A DNA stretch of 64,000 nucleotides from Eledone cirrhosa (GCA_964016885.1 OZ024741.1:24800001-24864000), one strand, 5' to 3'; positions 1 through 12,800 are shown, numbered from the stretch's first letter. Notes: generated from the sequence alone by a model not told the origin. Numbers and translations are program-made.

Positions 1-146
1 GTCCTGAAAAGACTGCCCTAACACCGGCCAGAGTTATCTCCCTTGACCTACTGCAAAATCAATACATGTTTTTTTTACGAAGAATGAACTCTGACGTGAA
101 CTTATCTCTACAAACCCATTCCGAGTCATGTAAGGAACACTTTTTA

Positions 147-208
147 GTTATTTATGCTCTTGAGAAGCCCATTCAGGCGAAACGTACGTAGGTGCTATTT
201 TAAATAAA
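147..208 (+). ncRNA. Minimal type I hammerhead ribozyme motif (U3/A8 variant), probably from a Penelope-like element pLTR
   Basis: Core TTGAGAA (160-166), stem II GCC/GGC (167-169/176-178), GAAAC (179-183), palindromic ACGTACGT stem III (182-189), GUA cleavage triplet (188-190), imperfect stem I with distal TTATTTA/TAAATAA pairing, and AATAAA at 203-208. Confidence 0.6.
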
Positions 209-621
209 CATGTTTTAACGGTTTGTTCTCCTATATTTATTTCTCCACGTGCATTTATATATATATAAAATCCAAGTATCCGCTTCCGTGGTTTACCATT
301 CGATTAATTGTTGAAATATATTTCTTCAATGGAATATATACAGGGAAGATTAATCATATTATAAGGTATCTATTTTTGAAATTCTAGTCAACTTTATTTA
401 GTTACCTACCTAGCTATGTGTGGTTACACACTTGTAAAAATTATCTCCTGTGATTATTCATGTTTATTTATATGTTAATCAATTTCTAGTTATTATAAAA
501 TGCTCAGACCTACTTGTTAGAATCTTAGAGCTTATTTTGCGGGTGATATGGCGCATGTCTTTCTGCATGACACCCATAATTTTGATTTAGATTAAATTCA
601 TTTGATTTATCTTAATTTTGG

Positions 622-656
<35 letters not shown>

Positions 657-942
657 CAGTTCTCTCCTTGACTTGCTTAGTACCAGTGATATATGCAGGT
701 CTATAAAATAAGTACCAGTCATACACATTATAACAAAAGCGAATTTCCATTGCATTTTTTTTACAATCGGTGTCTTTGGATATTCTAGAAATAACAGTCA
801 AATCTCCCACAGAAAACACCATATCATTTAAAGAAAAAGAAGGACACAATTAATGATATAGTCCAAGATACATTATACCTAAATGAGGATAATGTTTGAT
901 TATAGTTCTATTAAATCAAGGCTGACTAACAGTTAAACAAAG

Positions 943-1148
943 GCAACTATAACATTGTCTATAAAACAAATACCAGCAATAAATATCTTGGAATCTAATC
1001 TAAAGATATCAAAGATATACTTTTGAAAGTAAATTCTCTGATGTTTCCTTATAACTACAACATTGTCTATAAAACAAATACCAGCAATATATATCTTGGT
1101 ACCTAATCTAAAGATATCAATTTGTACACTGTCTTGAAAGTAAATTCT
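943..1148. repeat. Two-copy ~110-bp tandem duplication just upstream of a peroxidase exon
   Basis: aacta(t/c)aacattgtctataaaacaaataccagcaata...ctaatctaaagatatcaa...ttgaaagtaaattctc occurs at ~944-1038 and again at ~1053-1149. Confidence 0.8.
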
Positions 1149-1175
1149 CCTTATTGTTCTTTATTTCTGTTACAG

Positions 1176-1421
1176 GAGATGAGAGAAGTAATAATAACAT
1201 TAATCTTCTTACTATCCGAACAATATTTCTCCGAGAACACAACAGGATAGCATGGAAACTTCACCTATTGAACCCTCATTGGAATAATGACCAGTTATTT
1301 TATACAACACGAGATATAATTGGTGCTGTACTTCAATATATAACATACAATGAATTATTACCAATTATCCTTGGTTCTAAAACAACAGCAACTTTAAAAC
1401 TTACCAGTCAATACAAATACA
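1176..1421 (+). CDS. Animal heme peroxidase-like protein, internal exon A
   Basis: Acceptor ttctgttacag|GA, donor A|gtaagt. Translates GDERSNNNINLLTIRTIFLREHNRIAWKLHLLNPHWNNDQLFYTTRDIIGAVLQYITYNELLPIILG, the GDxR / REHNR / NPxW / QxITYxExLP signature of peroxidase-cyclooxygenase family proteins. Confidence 0.92.
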
Positions 1422-2368
1422 GTAAGTTTTTCTTCACTTCTTTATTTGATATGTTGATTTAAATACAAATTTAAAACTCTTAAGTGTTAGAATATTGCTG
1501 TACTCACATAAAGATGATGTACTTCGATAGCTGTACTTCCATAGACAGATCTGTTTCTGAGAATCAGAGAAGATAGAATGTTCACCATCGATTACAGTAA
1601 TTACTATCAATTACCAATTATCGATTTTGGCAAACATCATTAAGACCATGATTCTCTTTGTGAGTATGTTTAGGTCTTAGCTAAAATATATCTCTTACAC
1701 TGTATATATATATAAATCACCATCATCATTATCATCAGCGTTTAACGTCCATTTTTCCATGCTAGCATGAAATATATATATATATATATATAACTTTAAT
1801 AATAACAATGTTGCTATTATTGGGTTTAAAGCTCAATGCAGTAGGGTTCATGCAGAGCTGATATATAAAGAATAAGAAACACCAAAGAATCTATATGTTA
1901 TCAAACTAACACATGTTTCAACTGATAGAGATTCATTCTGAGGATGTGAAATTATAAATTCAGAAATTTTAGAAATTTTTAGGAAGAAAGAATGTTTATC
2001 TAAAATTCCCTTATGATTTTCTACTTCGTCCATTGGGATTAGGCTTAAAATTAGTATCATCAGAGTTTATTCACATAGGATATCAGGTTACTTATAGATC
2101 AATAAATCAATGAATCAATAATAGAAGTGGTGACAACATCAATATACAGAAAGAGTTACAAATGAATTAACAGAAGTCCTAAAGTAACCAGGTTTACCTC
2201 ACCAGAAGACAAGAATACCAAACTAAAAGTGTGCTTTAACAGTCTAGAAAATATAAAGCCCCATCAAGTATTTGATATATATGCATTTGTTTTACTGTGT
2301 GGGCAAAATTGTTTTATATATATATATATACACACACAGAGATATCCACGGTAAGTTGTGGAGGCTAG

Positions 2369-3095
2369 ATAAAAAATCAAGTCATTAGAAATATACTTCA
2401 CTGCTTTACGCTCATTTCTAGGTGATGATAATACATCGTAACTATACTTCGTTATTGATCTATGTAAGGTTAGTTACAAAATAACAAATAAGGAGAATAT
2501 TTACTTACATGCATATCACCAGCTGAATATTTACTTACATGCTCATGGCTTAGGGTTAGAGCATTGGCCTTGCAATCGAAAGGTTGTGAGTTCAATTCTC
2601 AGATCAGGTGATGTGTTGTTTCCTTGAGCAAGACACTTTATTTCACATTGCTCCAGTTTACTCAGCTGTAGAAATGAGATGATAGGACTGGGGTCCTTAT
2701 CATTCCACTGCAAAGTGGTCGTGGAGGTGCCACGGCAAAAAAGCACCCAGCCCACACTGTAAAGTGGATGAGTAGGCGCCACAGAGAAAAAAAGGCACCC
2801 AGCACTCACTGTAAATGAGGTTGGTGTTAGGAAGGGCATCCAGCTGTAGAAATCAAGCCAGAATCAGTTCCTGTCCCACCCTTGCAAGCAGGGAAAAGCG
2901 GACGTAAAATGATGATGCATATCACCTGCTTTTGACAACAGCTGGTGATATGCATGTAAGTAAATATTCTCTTAATTTGATATTTTGTAACTAACCTTAC
3001 ATAGATCGATAACGAGGTATAGTTACGATGTATTATAATCACCTAGAAACGATCGTAAAGCAGTGAAGTATATTTCTAATGACTTGATTTTTTAT
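2369..3095. mobile_element. Foldback/MITE-like element with ~155-bp inverted arms, interrupted centrally by a SINE
   Basis: 2369-2525 is a near-exact reverse complement of 2939-3095. Confidence 0.75.
2545..2916 (+). mobile_element. tRNA-derived SINE (family 1) with RTE-like 3' tail
   Basis: tRNA-like head (ggttagagcattgg...gagttcaattc B-box-like), central ccttgagcaagacacttt block, tail ...ggaaaagcggacgtaaaatgatgatg. Further copies at ~7041-7198 (-) and ~7254-7510 (+). Confidence 0.8.
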
Positions 3096-3358
3096 TTAAT
3101 TGTTTTATATATATACCAACCCACATCAAACACTGAGTGTGTTTTACTATATATTTCTGACAATATTATAACAACATGACCCTCCCCAAATATAACAATA
3201 TATATACACACATATATATAGTATTAAATAGATTGAAGGCCATAATGCTCCAGCTTGTACCATTTAGTCATATTGTTGTGTGCTTTATTTTACCTGCATC
3301 ACAGCCGACTGACTAAAATTTGATTTACACATCCCTGGTCGGTTAGCCCCATATTATA

Positions 3359-3392
<34 letters not shown>

Positions 3393-3423
3393 TATTATTA
3401 TTACTATATAATGCAGCTATATA

Positions 3424-3870
3424 TCTTGTACATTCATATATTATACTGTACATCCATATATTACAGTTTACCTGTAATCCCACTACATCTCTTGTATATC
3501 CATATATTACAGTTTACCTGTAATCCCACTACATCTCTTGTACATCCATAGATTATACTGTTTATTGTAATCCCACTACATCTCTTGTACATCCATAGAT
3601 TATACTGTTTACCTGTAATCCCACTACATCTCTTGTACATCCATAGATTATACTGTTTAACTGTAATCCCACTACATCTCTTGTACATCCATATATTACA
3701 CTGTTCACCTGTAATCCCACTACATCTCTTGTACATCCATATATTATACTGTTTACCTGTAATCCCACTACATCTCTTGTACATCCATATATTGCACTGA
3801 TTGCATCTCATGAAATTTCTGCCCAGTTTTTCAACATACCCAGCAAGACCACTTCCCTTAAACTATCAAC
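3424..3870 (-). repeat. 48-bp minisatellite (~7 copies) amplified from a degenerate LINE (RTE-like) Cys/His-finger fragment
   Basis: Unit ctcttgtacatccatatattatactgtttacctgtaatcccactacat. The minus strand reads GKWSCWVC*K..GRNFMRCNQCNIWMYKRCSGITG, followed by repeats of YNIWMYKRCSGITGKQ. Confidence 0.75.
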
Positions 3871-4238
3871 TTCCTGTCCTCTTTTTTAAGTTTACTTTTA
3901 GGACTTTTGATTCAGTTTTTTTTCTAATTCTTGGAATTTTTCCAATTCCTATGAATGTGGCATAATATGTATTTGATGAACAATTTGAACATCTGTGTTA
4001 TAGATGTAAATGATTCTTTGACTGTTATTAAGAAAGCTACTGGAATTGTTAAGGTGTAGTGTGGTAAGGGTGAATGACAGGTCAAAATATTTTTCAACAT
4101 CAAGATGAAACATGAATGTAACAAACACACAAACATAATATTGTTTTTGTTATATACATTTACAATGTTAATATTCTATGTTAATTGCTTTTTATTTTAT
4201 ATTTTCAATTTTTTCAATTTTTTCTTTCATTTGTACAG

Positions 4239-4758
4239 ATTATGACCCCAAGCTAAATCCTTCCATCTTAAATTCTGTAGCCACTGCAGTTTTACGTTTT
4301 GGCTATTTCATGCAACAAGCAAATATTTTATCATACCGTGATAAAAAATATTCTCTAGTATGTAAACTGAAAGATCATTTCAGGCTCTTCATAAAACGCC
4401 CATCATTTTACTCTAAACAAAAGTACTACTTACCATTTAGCAGCATCACAAAAAATACAAAACCACTCTTTCAAACAATTACTGGAGCTGAAAACTTCGT
4501 CAGAGGTCAGTTAAACCAAAGAGCACAACAAGTTTCAGCTTACAGAATTGATGAGGAGTCGAGTTCCAGTCTTTTCAAAAATAATTTAGATCTGGGCAGT
4601 TCATACATACAAAGAGGAAGAGATCATGGTTTGCCTAGTTATACTCACTACAGGGTATTGTGTACTTCTTTTTACAACAAATATGTTGATGTGAAGAACT
4701 TCAAGGATTTGATCGACCATCCCTTGGCAGCCAGAAATGAACTGAGAAAGCTTTATAA
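4239..4758 (+). CDS. Animal heme peroxidase-like protein, internal exon B
   Basis: Acceptor tttgtacag|AT (phase 1, joins A to give AAT), donor AA|gtaaat. Contains YDPKLNPSILNSVATAVLRFGY and DLGSSYIQRGRDHGLPSY motifs. Confidence 0.92.
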
Positions 4759-4915
4759 GTAAATCCATTAATTTTCTATTTTATTTTATTTATTGCTTTT
4801 TCTCATATAAAAAAACTGCAGTCATTTATGTGATACAATCACTATTGAACTGTTGTCATTTATTGTCAAGCTATCACTTCATTGGGTAAGAGAAACTTTA
4901 TAAGGTATATATATA

Positions 4916-6495
4916 TGACTGAGAGAGTGTATATATACCTGACTGAGAGAGTATATATATCTGACTGAGAGAGTGTATATATACCTGACTGAGAGAGTAT
5001 ATATATCTGACTGAGAGAGTGTATATATACCTGACTGAGAGAGTATATATATCTGACTGAGAGAGTGTATATATACCTGACTGAGAGAGTATATATATAA
5101 CTGACTGAGAGAGTGTATATATACCTGACTGAGAGAGTATATATACCTGACTGAGAGAGTATATATACCTGACTGAGAGATTATATATACCTGACTGAGA
5201 GAGTATATATATCTGACTGAGAGAGTATATATACCTGACTGAGAGAGTGTATATATATATATATCTGACTGAGAGAGTATATATACCTGACTGAGAGAGT
5301 ATATATATCTGACTGAGAGATTATATATACCTGACTGAGAGAGTGTATATATATATATATCTGACTGAGAGAGTATATATATCTGACTGAGAGAGTGTAT
5401 ATATACCTGACTGAGAGAGTATATATATCTGACTGAGAGAGTGTATATATACCTGACTGAGAGATTATATATACCTGACTGAGAGAGTGTATATATATAT
5501 ATATCTGACTGAGAGAGTATATATATCTGACTGAGAGAGTGTATATATACCTGACTAAGAGAGTATATATATATATATATATATGACTGAGAGAGTATAT
5601 ATACCTGACTGAGAGAGTATATATATATATCTGACTGAGAGAGTATATATATACCTGACTGAGAGAGTATATATATATACCTGACTAAGAGAGTATATAT
5701 ATATATATATATGACTGAGAGAGTATATATATACCTGACTGAGAGAGTATATATCCCTGACTGAGAGAGTATATATCCCTGACTGAGAGAGTATATATAC
5801 CTGACTAAGAGAGTATATATATATATGGTGTGTATATATATATCTGACTGAGAGAGTATATATATACCTGACTGAGAGAGTATATATATATCTGACTGAG
5901 AGATTATATATACCTGACTGAGAGAGTATATATATCTGACTGAGAGAGTATATATACCTGACTGAGAGAGTGTATATATATATATATCTGACTGAGAGAG
6001 TATATATACCTGACTGAGAGAGTATATATATCTGACTGAGAGAGTATATATATCTGACTGACAGAGTGTATATATACCTGACTGAGAGATTATATATACC
6101 TGACTGAGAGAGTGTATATACCTGACTGAGAGAGTGTATATATATATATATCTGACTGAGAGAGTATATATATCTGACTGAGAGAGTGTATATATACCTG
6201 ACTGAGAGAGTATATATATATATATATATATGACTGAGAGAGTATATATACCTGACTGAGAGAGTATATATATCTGACTGAGAGAGTGTATATATACCTG
6301 ACTGAGAGAGTATATATATATATATATATATGACTGAGAGAGTATATATACCTGACTGAGAGAGTATATATATATATCTGACTGAGAGAGTATATATATA
6401 CCTGACTGAGAGAGTATATATACCTGACTGAGAGAGTATATATCCCTGACTGAGAGAGTATATATACCTGACTAAGAGAGTATATATATATATGG
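4916..6495. repeat. Intronic minisatellite CTGACTGAGAGAG(T/TG)(AT)n, units ~22-32 bp
   Basis: Dozens of tandem copies with a variable-length (AT)n spacer. Confidence 0.95.
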
Positions 6496-7040
6496 TGTGT
6501 ATATAAATAGACTTGGGATAATCCTATTGAGAATTGAAACTAAGATGGTGAAATTGAAGATTGTAAACTCTCGTTAACCTGAAACAATGGCCATATGATG
6601 TATGTTTATATAAACCAAACAAATGACATATATTGTGTTACAATAAACCATATACAAAATTACCAGGCTATAGATTGGTAGAATTTATAAAGTGTTGACA
6701 TACATAGTTGTTGTGGTATTTAGTTATAACTGTTGATGTTGTGAGTTCAAATCTTACCAAGATCAACTTTGTCTTATCTTTTTGTAGTAAATAAAATAAA
6801 GTACCAATCATGTACTATGATTGATTTAATATTCCTAACATCTTAGATGTGATTGGAATATTAATAGGAGATGGAAAATAAGAGAAACAGTGTAAAAACT
6901 GCTGTAAATCAATTTCTGATGATTATTTAACATTTTTTTAAACAATTTTATTTTCAATCAATTATTTTTTAAGATGACTTACATGCTAGTAACAAATAGT
7001 TTTTTTTCTCTCTCTCTCTCTCTATATATATATATAGTTA

Positions 7041-7198
7041 CATCATCAACATCATCATTTTACATCCGCTTTTCCCTGCTTGCAAGGGTGGGACGGGAAC
7101 TGATTCTGGCTTGATTTCTACAGCTGAGTAAACTGGAGCAATGTGACATAAAGCTTCTTGCTCACAACCTTTCGATTGTAAGGCCAATGCTCTAACCA
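7041..7198 (-). mobile_element. Internally deleted SINE family 1 copy
   Basis: Reverse complement of the head, centre and tail segments of the 2545-2916 SINE. Confidence 0.7.
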
Positions 7199-7253
7199 CA
7201 TGGATGATATTAACTTATATGTTACTAACCATAGTTATATATATAATTACAAG

Positions 7254-7510
7254 TCTTAGTGGTTAGAGCATTGGCCTTGCAATCGAAAGGTTGTGAGTTC
7301 AATTCACACAACCAGTTGATGTGTTGTTTCCTTGAGCAAGACACTTTATTCCACATTGCTCCAGTTTACTCAGCTGTAGAAATGAGATGATAGTACTGGG
7401 GTCCCTATCATTCCACTGCAAAGTGGTCGTGTAGGTGCCACGGCAAAAAAGCACCCAGCCCACACTGTAAAGTGGACGTGTAGGCGCCACGGCAAAAAAG
7501 CACCCAGCAC
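7254..7510 (+). mobile_element. SINE family 1 copy, 3'-truncated
   Basis: Highly similar to 2548-2805. Confidence 0.8.
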
Positions 7511-7669
7511 TCCTCTATTGAGGATTTTGTTATAAATTTTATTCTGTTATATTTTATTTTATTTTTATATTTTGTTATTGCCTCCTCCTTATTGAGGACA
7601 GCTTGTTTTGTAAACTTCCCCCATTGTACTTGTCCCACTTTTGATGCCCTGGTGGTAAATAAAAGAAAC
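7511..7669 (+). mobile_element. 5'-truncated 3'-UTR fragment of the Tx1/L1-like family
   Basis: tgtaaacttcccccattgtacttgtccc...tgccctggtggtaaataaaagaaa matches the 3' ends at ~13441-13500 and ~25482-25547. Confidence 0.75.
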
Positions 7670-7922
7670 ATATCTATGTTTATAGGTCTATAATCTAGCT
7701 GTCGTCTGTTCGACAGCGTAGACGTAATTCACTTCGCGCATAAGTTTTGTTCCAATTTATTGCGGAAATTTTGTAAGTTTAATTTTAATTTTGATACTAT
7801 TGTGTAGCTTGACCCCCCATCTGAACTGTCAGGCGGTGGGTCAGCTCATCTTCGCCCCTCCCAGGGGTGGAAAACCTGTTTTTAAAAGTTTTGTGGCATA
7901 AAATTTCAATCGTCTGGCAGAA

Positions 7923-9824
7923 ATGTTAAACGAAGCTAACGAAAATAGTGGTGGGGGGGGGGGGGGACAGCGGTAAGAGTTGTAAGCTCGCACGCTTTAG
8001 TCCCCTCTTCCTTCCCAACTAACATCATAGAGAAGGAAAGAAAAAATAAAATAAAAACAGACGAATGTGCGGAGAAAAATGACGAAAACACAAATCTGGA
8101 GATTGATTCCAACAACAACAAAAATTTGAAAGAATTGCATGACAATATTAATACCACAAACAAAGAAACAACAAACACAAAAATAACATTTGAAAACAAC
8201 ATCATAACAGAAAGCAAAACAGACGACAAAGTCAACACCAATAATATCTCATTTGCACAAACAACAAAAAATCTTTAACATATATACCTGAAAATATTTC
8301 AGATGTGGCACAAAGAATAAAAAACGCCAAACAATACATCACTCAAGGGGAAAATGGAACCTTATCGGTAAAAATGCCCCAAGAACTCACCAAAGATATT
8401 GAAAGTCGGACGGTCGTTTTCCGCACCATCAACAACATCTCAAAAAAAACCTCAACAACCAACACAAGCAGAAATTAAAGCAGTACTTAGAGAAGTACTT
8501 AATGAAGCCACTTTCATAAGAAGAGACAGGCTGTATGGAAGCCTAGCCATTATTATGAAGAACGAATCAGCGGCAAAAAAATATGCTTTGTCGCCGATTC
8601 GTTTGACAAATTTTACCTTTTATCCATCTTATATGGGTAAAAGAACTCAGCGCATATGGCTGGATGCGATGATGCCAGATATGGACTACTGCTGGCTCAT
8701 AGCTGGCTTCATCGATCCAGCGAATGACAACGTGATTTCCATTGGGAAAACCATAGGCAATGCGTTCAGTGGAACAGGTATAGAACTTGTAGTGCAAATG
8801 AAGCCTGAACGCATTGCCCAAATACCCGACAGAATCCTATTAGAGGGCCACGGGTATATAAACATTAGCGTGGAGGGGAGAAGGCCGTCCTGTCATATCT
8901 GTGCAGGCAGAGGACACCTGAAGGCGGCTTGTCCCCAACTCAACAAGAAGAAAACCCTGCTACCAACACCAGCTCCACCACCACCACAACAGATAAACAA
9001 ACAACAAAACTCAGTCCCACCCAACCCGTCCCTCAGTAAAACTACACCACCACCACAACACAAACAGACACAACACATTACCCAAAAACAAAACACAGTC
9101 CCACCCAACCCCTCACTCAATAAAACAACACAATCACCGCAGCCACAACGCAATACAATCTAACATAGTGACATCCATCTCCCCCACAAAGAAAACCAAC
9201 ACGGAAACATTACCAGCAAACATACTTCTTCCCTCCAACACTGAAGATAACCCAACGAATTCGGAGGAAGAAACGGAGTCCTTCAGACAAATTAAAAGGA
9301 AAAAAAAGAAAACATGTGCAAAACACACAAGGCCAAACAACCCCTACCCAAATGTCAACACAATCCAACAAAACACAAAACACCCCTCCAGCAACAAACA
9401 AAACCAAACCTGCCCCTCCCCTCTTCGAAACACTCACACCATCCGAAAAAAAGACATTACACTATACTTACATCAACAGAAACAATAATAAATTAAATGA
9501 ACTCATAAACAATAACCCTTCGGTACAAACCGAAGGGCTAAACTTTGTTTCTTCAGAAAACTACCCACATTTAAAATTAATAAAGATCCCAATGAACCTC
9601 TACCAAAAACTAAAAAAACGATTTTAAGGAGGACGTAGGACCACCCTCTGTCAAACCCATAAACCGCGTCCTCCTAAAAAGCTTTCCCCCTCCCCTTCAC
9701 AACTCCAAACACCCCAACCCCACCACACACTGACGACCCCACACCACTACAAGACACCCCTTCACCCAACACCCCCGACCCCATGGAAGTCGTGCGACCC
9801 AAACCCCGGGAAGAAGAAAGGTAG
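7923..9824 (+). pseudogene. ORF1 of LINE copy 1 (gag-like, zinc knuckle CHICAGRGHLKAAC), frameshifted
   Basis: Fragmented ORFs 8399-9163, 9168-9488 and 9316-9627 align with ORF1 of copy 2. Stop is TAG at 9822-9824. The start at 7923 is tentative. Confidence 0.75.
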
Positions 9825-9857
9825 GTCTCTACACTCTCCTTTGGCTTTGCCGCCCAC

Positions 9858-12800
9858 ATGGATGTGTTAAGAGTAGGATGTTTGAATGCACGTGGCCTGG
9901 GCTCAACTTGGAAGCAAGCAAAGCTTCTAAATGACCTCAGGTCACGTGGTATAAATGTAATGGTTATCTGTGAGACTCGGATCAGCGTCGTGCGGCAGCT
10001 GGCTCCTACCTTCGATGACTTTGAGGTGCATGCATCTCTCTGTCAACCTGGAGGTGGGGGTGGGGTTGTCGTACTGCTGGAAAAACACCTGGGTCTCGCC
10101 GTACAGGTTGTTCACTCGGACCCGGAAGGTCGTTTGTTGGTGCTAGACGTTGGCAGTAGTGGAGGTGCGGCCTTGAGACTGGTTGCCGTCTACTCCCCTT
10201 TCGGAGCTGAACGACCCGACTTCTTCCAGCGTCTGGAGACTTCTGGGAACGTCGCGTTCCCTGCTTCTAGCGGGGATTGGAATGACATCCTAGATGCACA
10301 TTGGGACTATGCAGGAGCATGTCCTAATAGAGGGGGGTGTAACAGCCTCAAGGGGTTACTCGACCGTTTTAACTTGGTCGATAGATATCGACTAGATTTT
10401 CCAACTGTGCCAACCTGGACTTGGACGAACCACAGTGGTCAATCTAGATTGAACTTAGATAGATTCTTAGTTAGAAGTAAGGATAGGGACATATTAAGCT
10501 GTCCAGAAATGCTCACGGTTGGCTATACAGATCACAAATTAGTGACCTGCGTAGTCAATCTCGAGAAAACACATAGACAGGGTCCCAGTTACTGGAAACT
10601 TAATTTGTCTTTACCGGCAAAAGAGGCTTACAGAAACCGGATTAGCAGATTAGTTAAGGAGAGGTTGACGGGTGCAATCGTCAACAACCGATGGTGGGCA
10701 TCTCTCAAAAGAGAGATTAGAACAGAATCAATAAGTTATAGCAAGATGTTAGCTGCCGATAGGAATAGGAACGAGAAAGAATTAACAGGTAAATTAGAAG
10801 AGGCAATCAAGAGCGAAGATGTGGCCAGAGTGCTGGCATCGAGGACGGCCTTGAGCCAGTTTTTCGATGCAAAGCACGAAAGCTGCGTCATCCGAAGTAA
10901 AATACGTGCTCTAGGTAATGAGGGGGCCAAAGCCGTTGGCTGGGTCCGCGTGACAAGCTAAGAGTGGAAATCGATCCACCATCCGGTCTTTGCAAGACGA
11001 GGATGGACAGGTGATCCGGGAGCCTAAGCAGATGTGCGAGGCCTTTCAAAGGCACTTTGCCCGATTGTTCGGGGGAGGCGAGGGTCCGGGCGGGGACGTG
11101 GATTTCGGTCCATACCTCGACGGCCTGCCGCGTCTCTCGAGCGTAGAGGCAGAGTCCTGCGAGGGACCAATCTCGGCTGATGAGATCGGGGATGCGCTGG
11201 GCCAATGCAGCAGACGCAAATCTCCAGGTCTCGATGGTATACCTTACGAACTTTATTTAGCAATGTCGGTCTTCTTCTCCGAACTCCTCGAAGCAGTCTA
11301 CTGCAATTGGCAGCAGAACGGGAGAATTCCTTGTTCTGTAGCCAAGGGCGTAGTCTCGCTAGTGAGGAAGGACGAGAACAAGGGGGATAGTATAAATAAT
11401 TTTCGGCCCATAACCCTGCTAAACACAGAGTTAAAGATTTTGGTCAAGGTGTTAGCAAAGAGGTTGGCGCTTGTCGTGGGTGGCCTGGTGGGAGATGCAC
11501 AGACATGTGCTATCCCATCCAGGTCCATTCACGACAACCTCCACCTCATGCGATACATCATAGAGAGGGTTGGCAACAAACCTGGCTTCGGTGGAGCCCT
11601 GATCAACTTGGATCAGTCTAAGGCGTTCGATAGGGTCGACCATGGTTACCTGGATGCGGTGCTAGCGGCGGCTGGGTTCGGTCCTGTTTTCAGAGGCTGG
11701 ATCACTGCCTTACATAGCAACCACATCTGTTCTAGGATCAAGGTGAACGGCTACCTTTCGAAGCCGTTCGAAATCACACGATCCATTCGACAGGGGTGCC
11801 CTCTCTCCTCCCTTCTGTACATATTGACTCTCGAGCCTTTACTGAGGAAGTTGGAGTTGTTGCAGGGTATCCCCCTGGAACCAGGATTGAGCAAAGCGGT
11901 GTCGGCCTATGCCGATGACGTAACAGTAATGGTATCGACCGACTCGGAGATCGAGGCAATCGGTACCTTACTGGAGGAATACGAAAGGTTGTCAGGAGCG
12001 AAACTGAACCGGGAAAAATCCATCGGGCTGCAACTTGGAACATGGAGAGGCAGACCGATGCCTCTCGACGGTGTCGTTGGACACTGGACGGAGGGCCCGG
12101 TGAAGTTGCTTGGGGTCTGGTTTGGACCGGACCTCCAGGTGGAAAAGAACTGGGGCGAGGTTACGAACAAGGTGTTTGCACTAACCCAGAAATGGGCCAA
12201 GTGTAAGCTGTCCCTAAAAGGTCGGGCGGAGGTGGCGAACATTTACATAGCGTCTGTCACTTACTACCGCCTGACTGTCGTGCCTTGCCCTAAGGAAACA
12301 CTCACCATCATGGAACGCATGCTCTTTCAATTTATTTGGAAGAAGCGCCCTCCTATGGTGAGAAGATCCATCTGCTGCCAACAACCTTCGAAAGGAGGGC
12401 TGGGGATGCCATGGTTGATGATGCGTAGGCACGCATTAAGGCTACGGCACCTACAGGTATTCCTCACTGGTCAACCAGTGTGGGCTCCGTTCGTGAAACG
12501 AGCCTTTCCGAGACTCGTCTCGCTCACCGAGCTGCAGTCCTGGATCAAGCAAAGATCCGGAAAACTGGCACACTGAGTGTGCCCAGGCACTCAGGGCTCT
12601 CTGGCAAGCGGACCCGGCCATCGGTGGAGAATCCACCTCGTCATTCTATAGAGGGCTGGTCGCTAGCAGGGGCGATGACACCCTTTGAGAGTCGCTGGAC
12701 ATGGAGGAGGACGAACTGGCCAGCCTGTTCGGTAGGACTTTCGGCCCGGGACCAATGGACAACTTCCAGAAGTCACTAGCCTGGCAGTGCTACCGGGGGT

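Noticed and set aside
2548-2605. tRNA gene
   Set aside because: tRNA-like A/B boxes only. It continues into a SINE body, is multi-copy, and shows no complete cloverleaf.
3461-3811. 116-aa Cys-rich repeat protein
   Set aside because: Product of a 48-bp minisatellite on a decayed LINE fragment with an upstream stop and frameshift, antisense within an intron.
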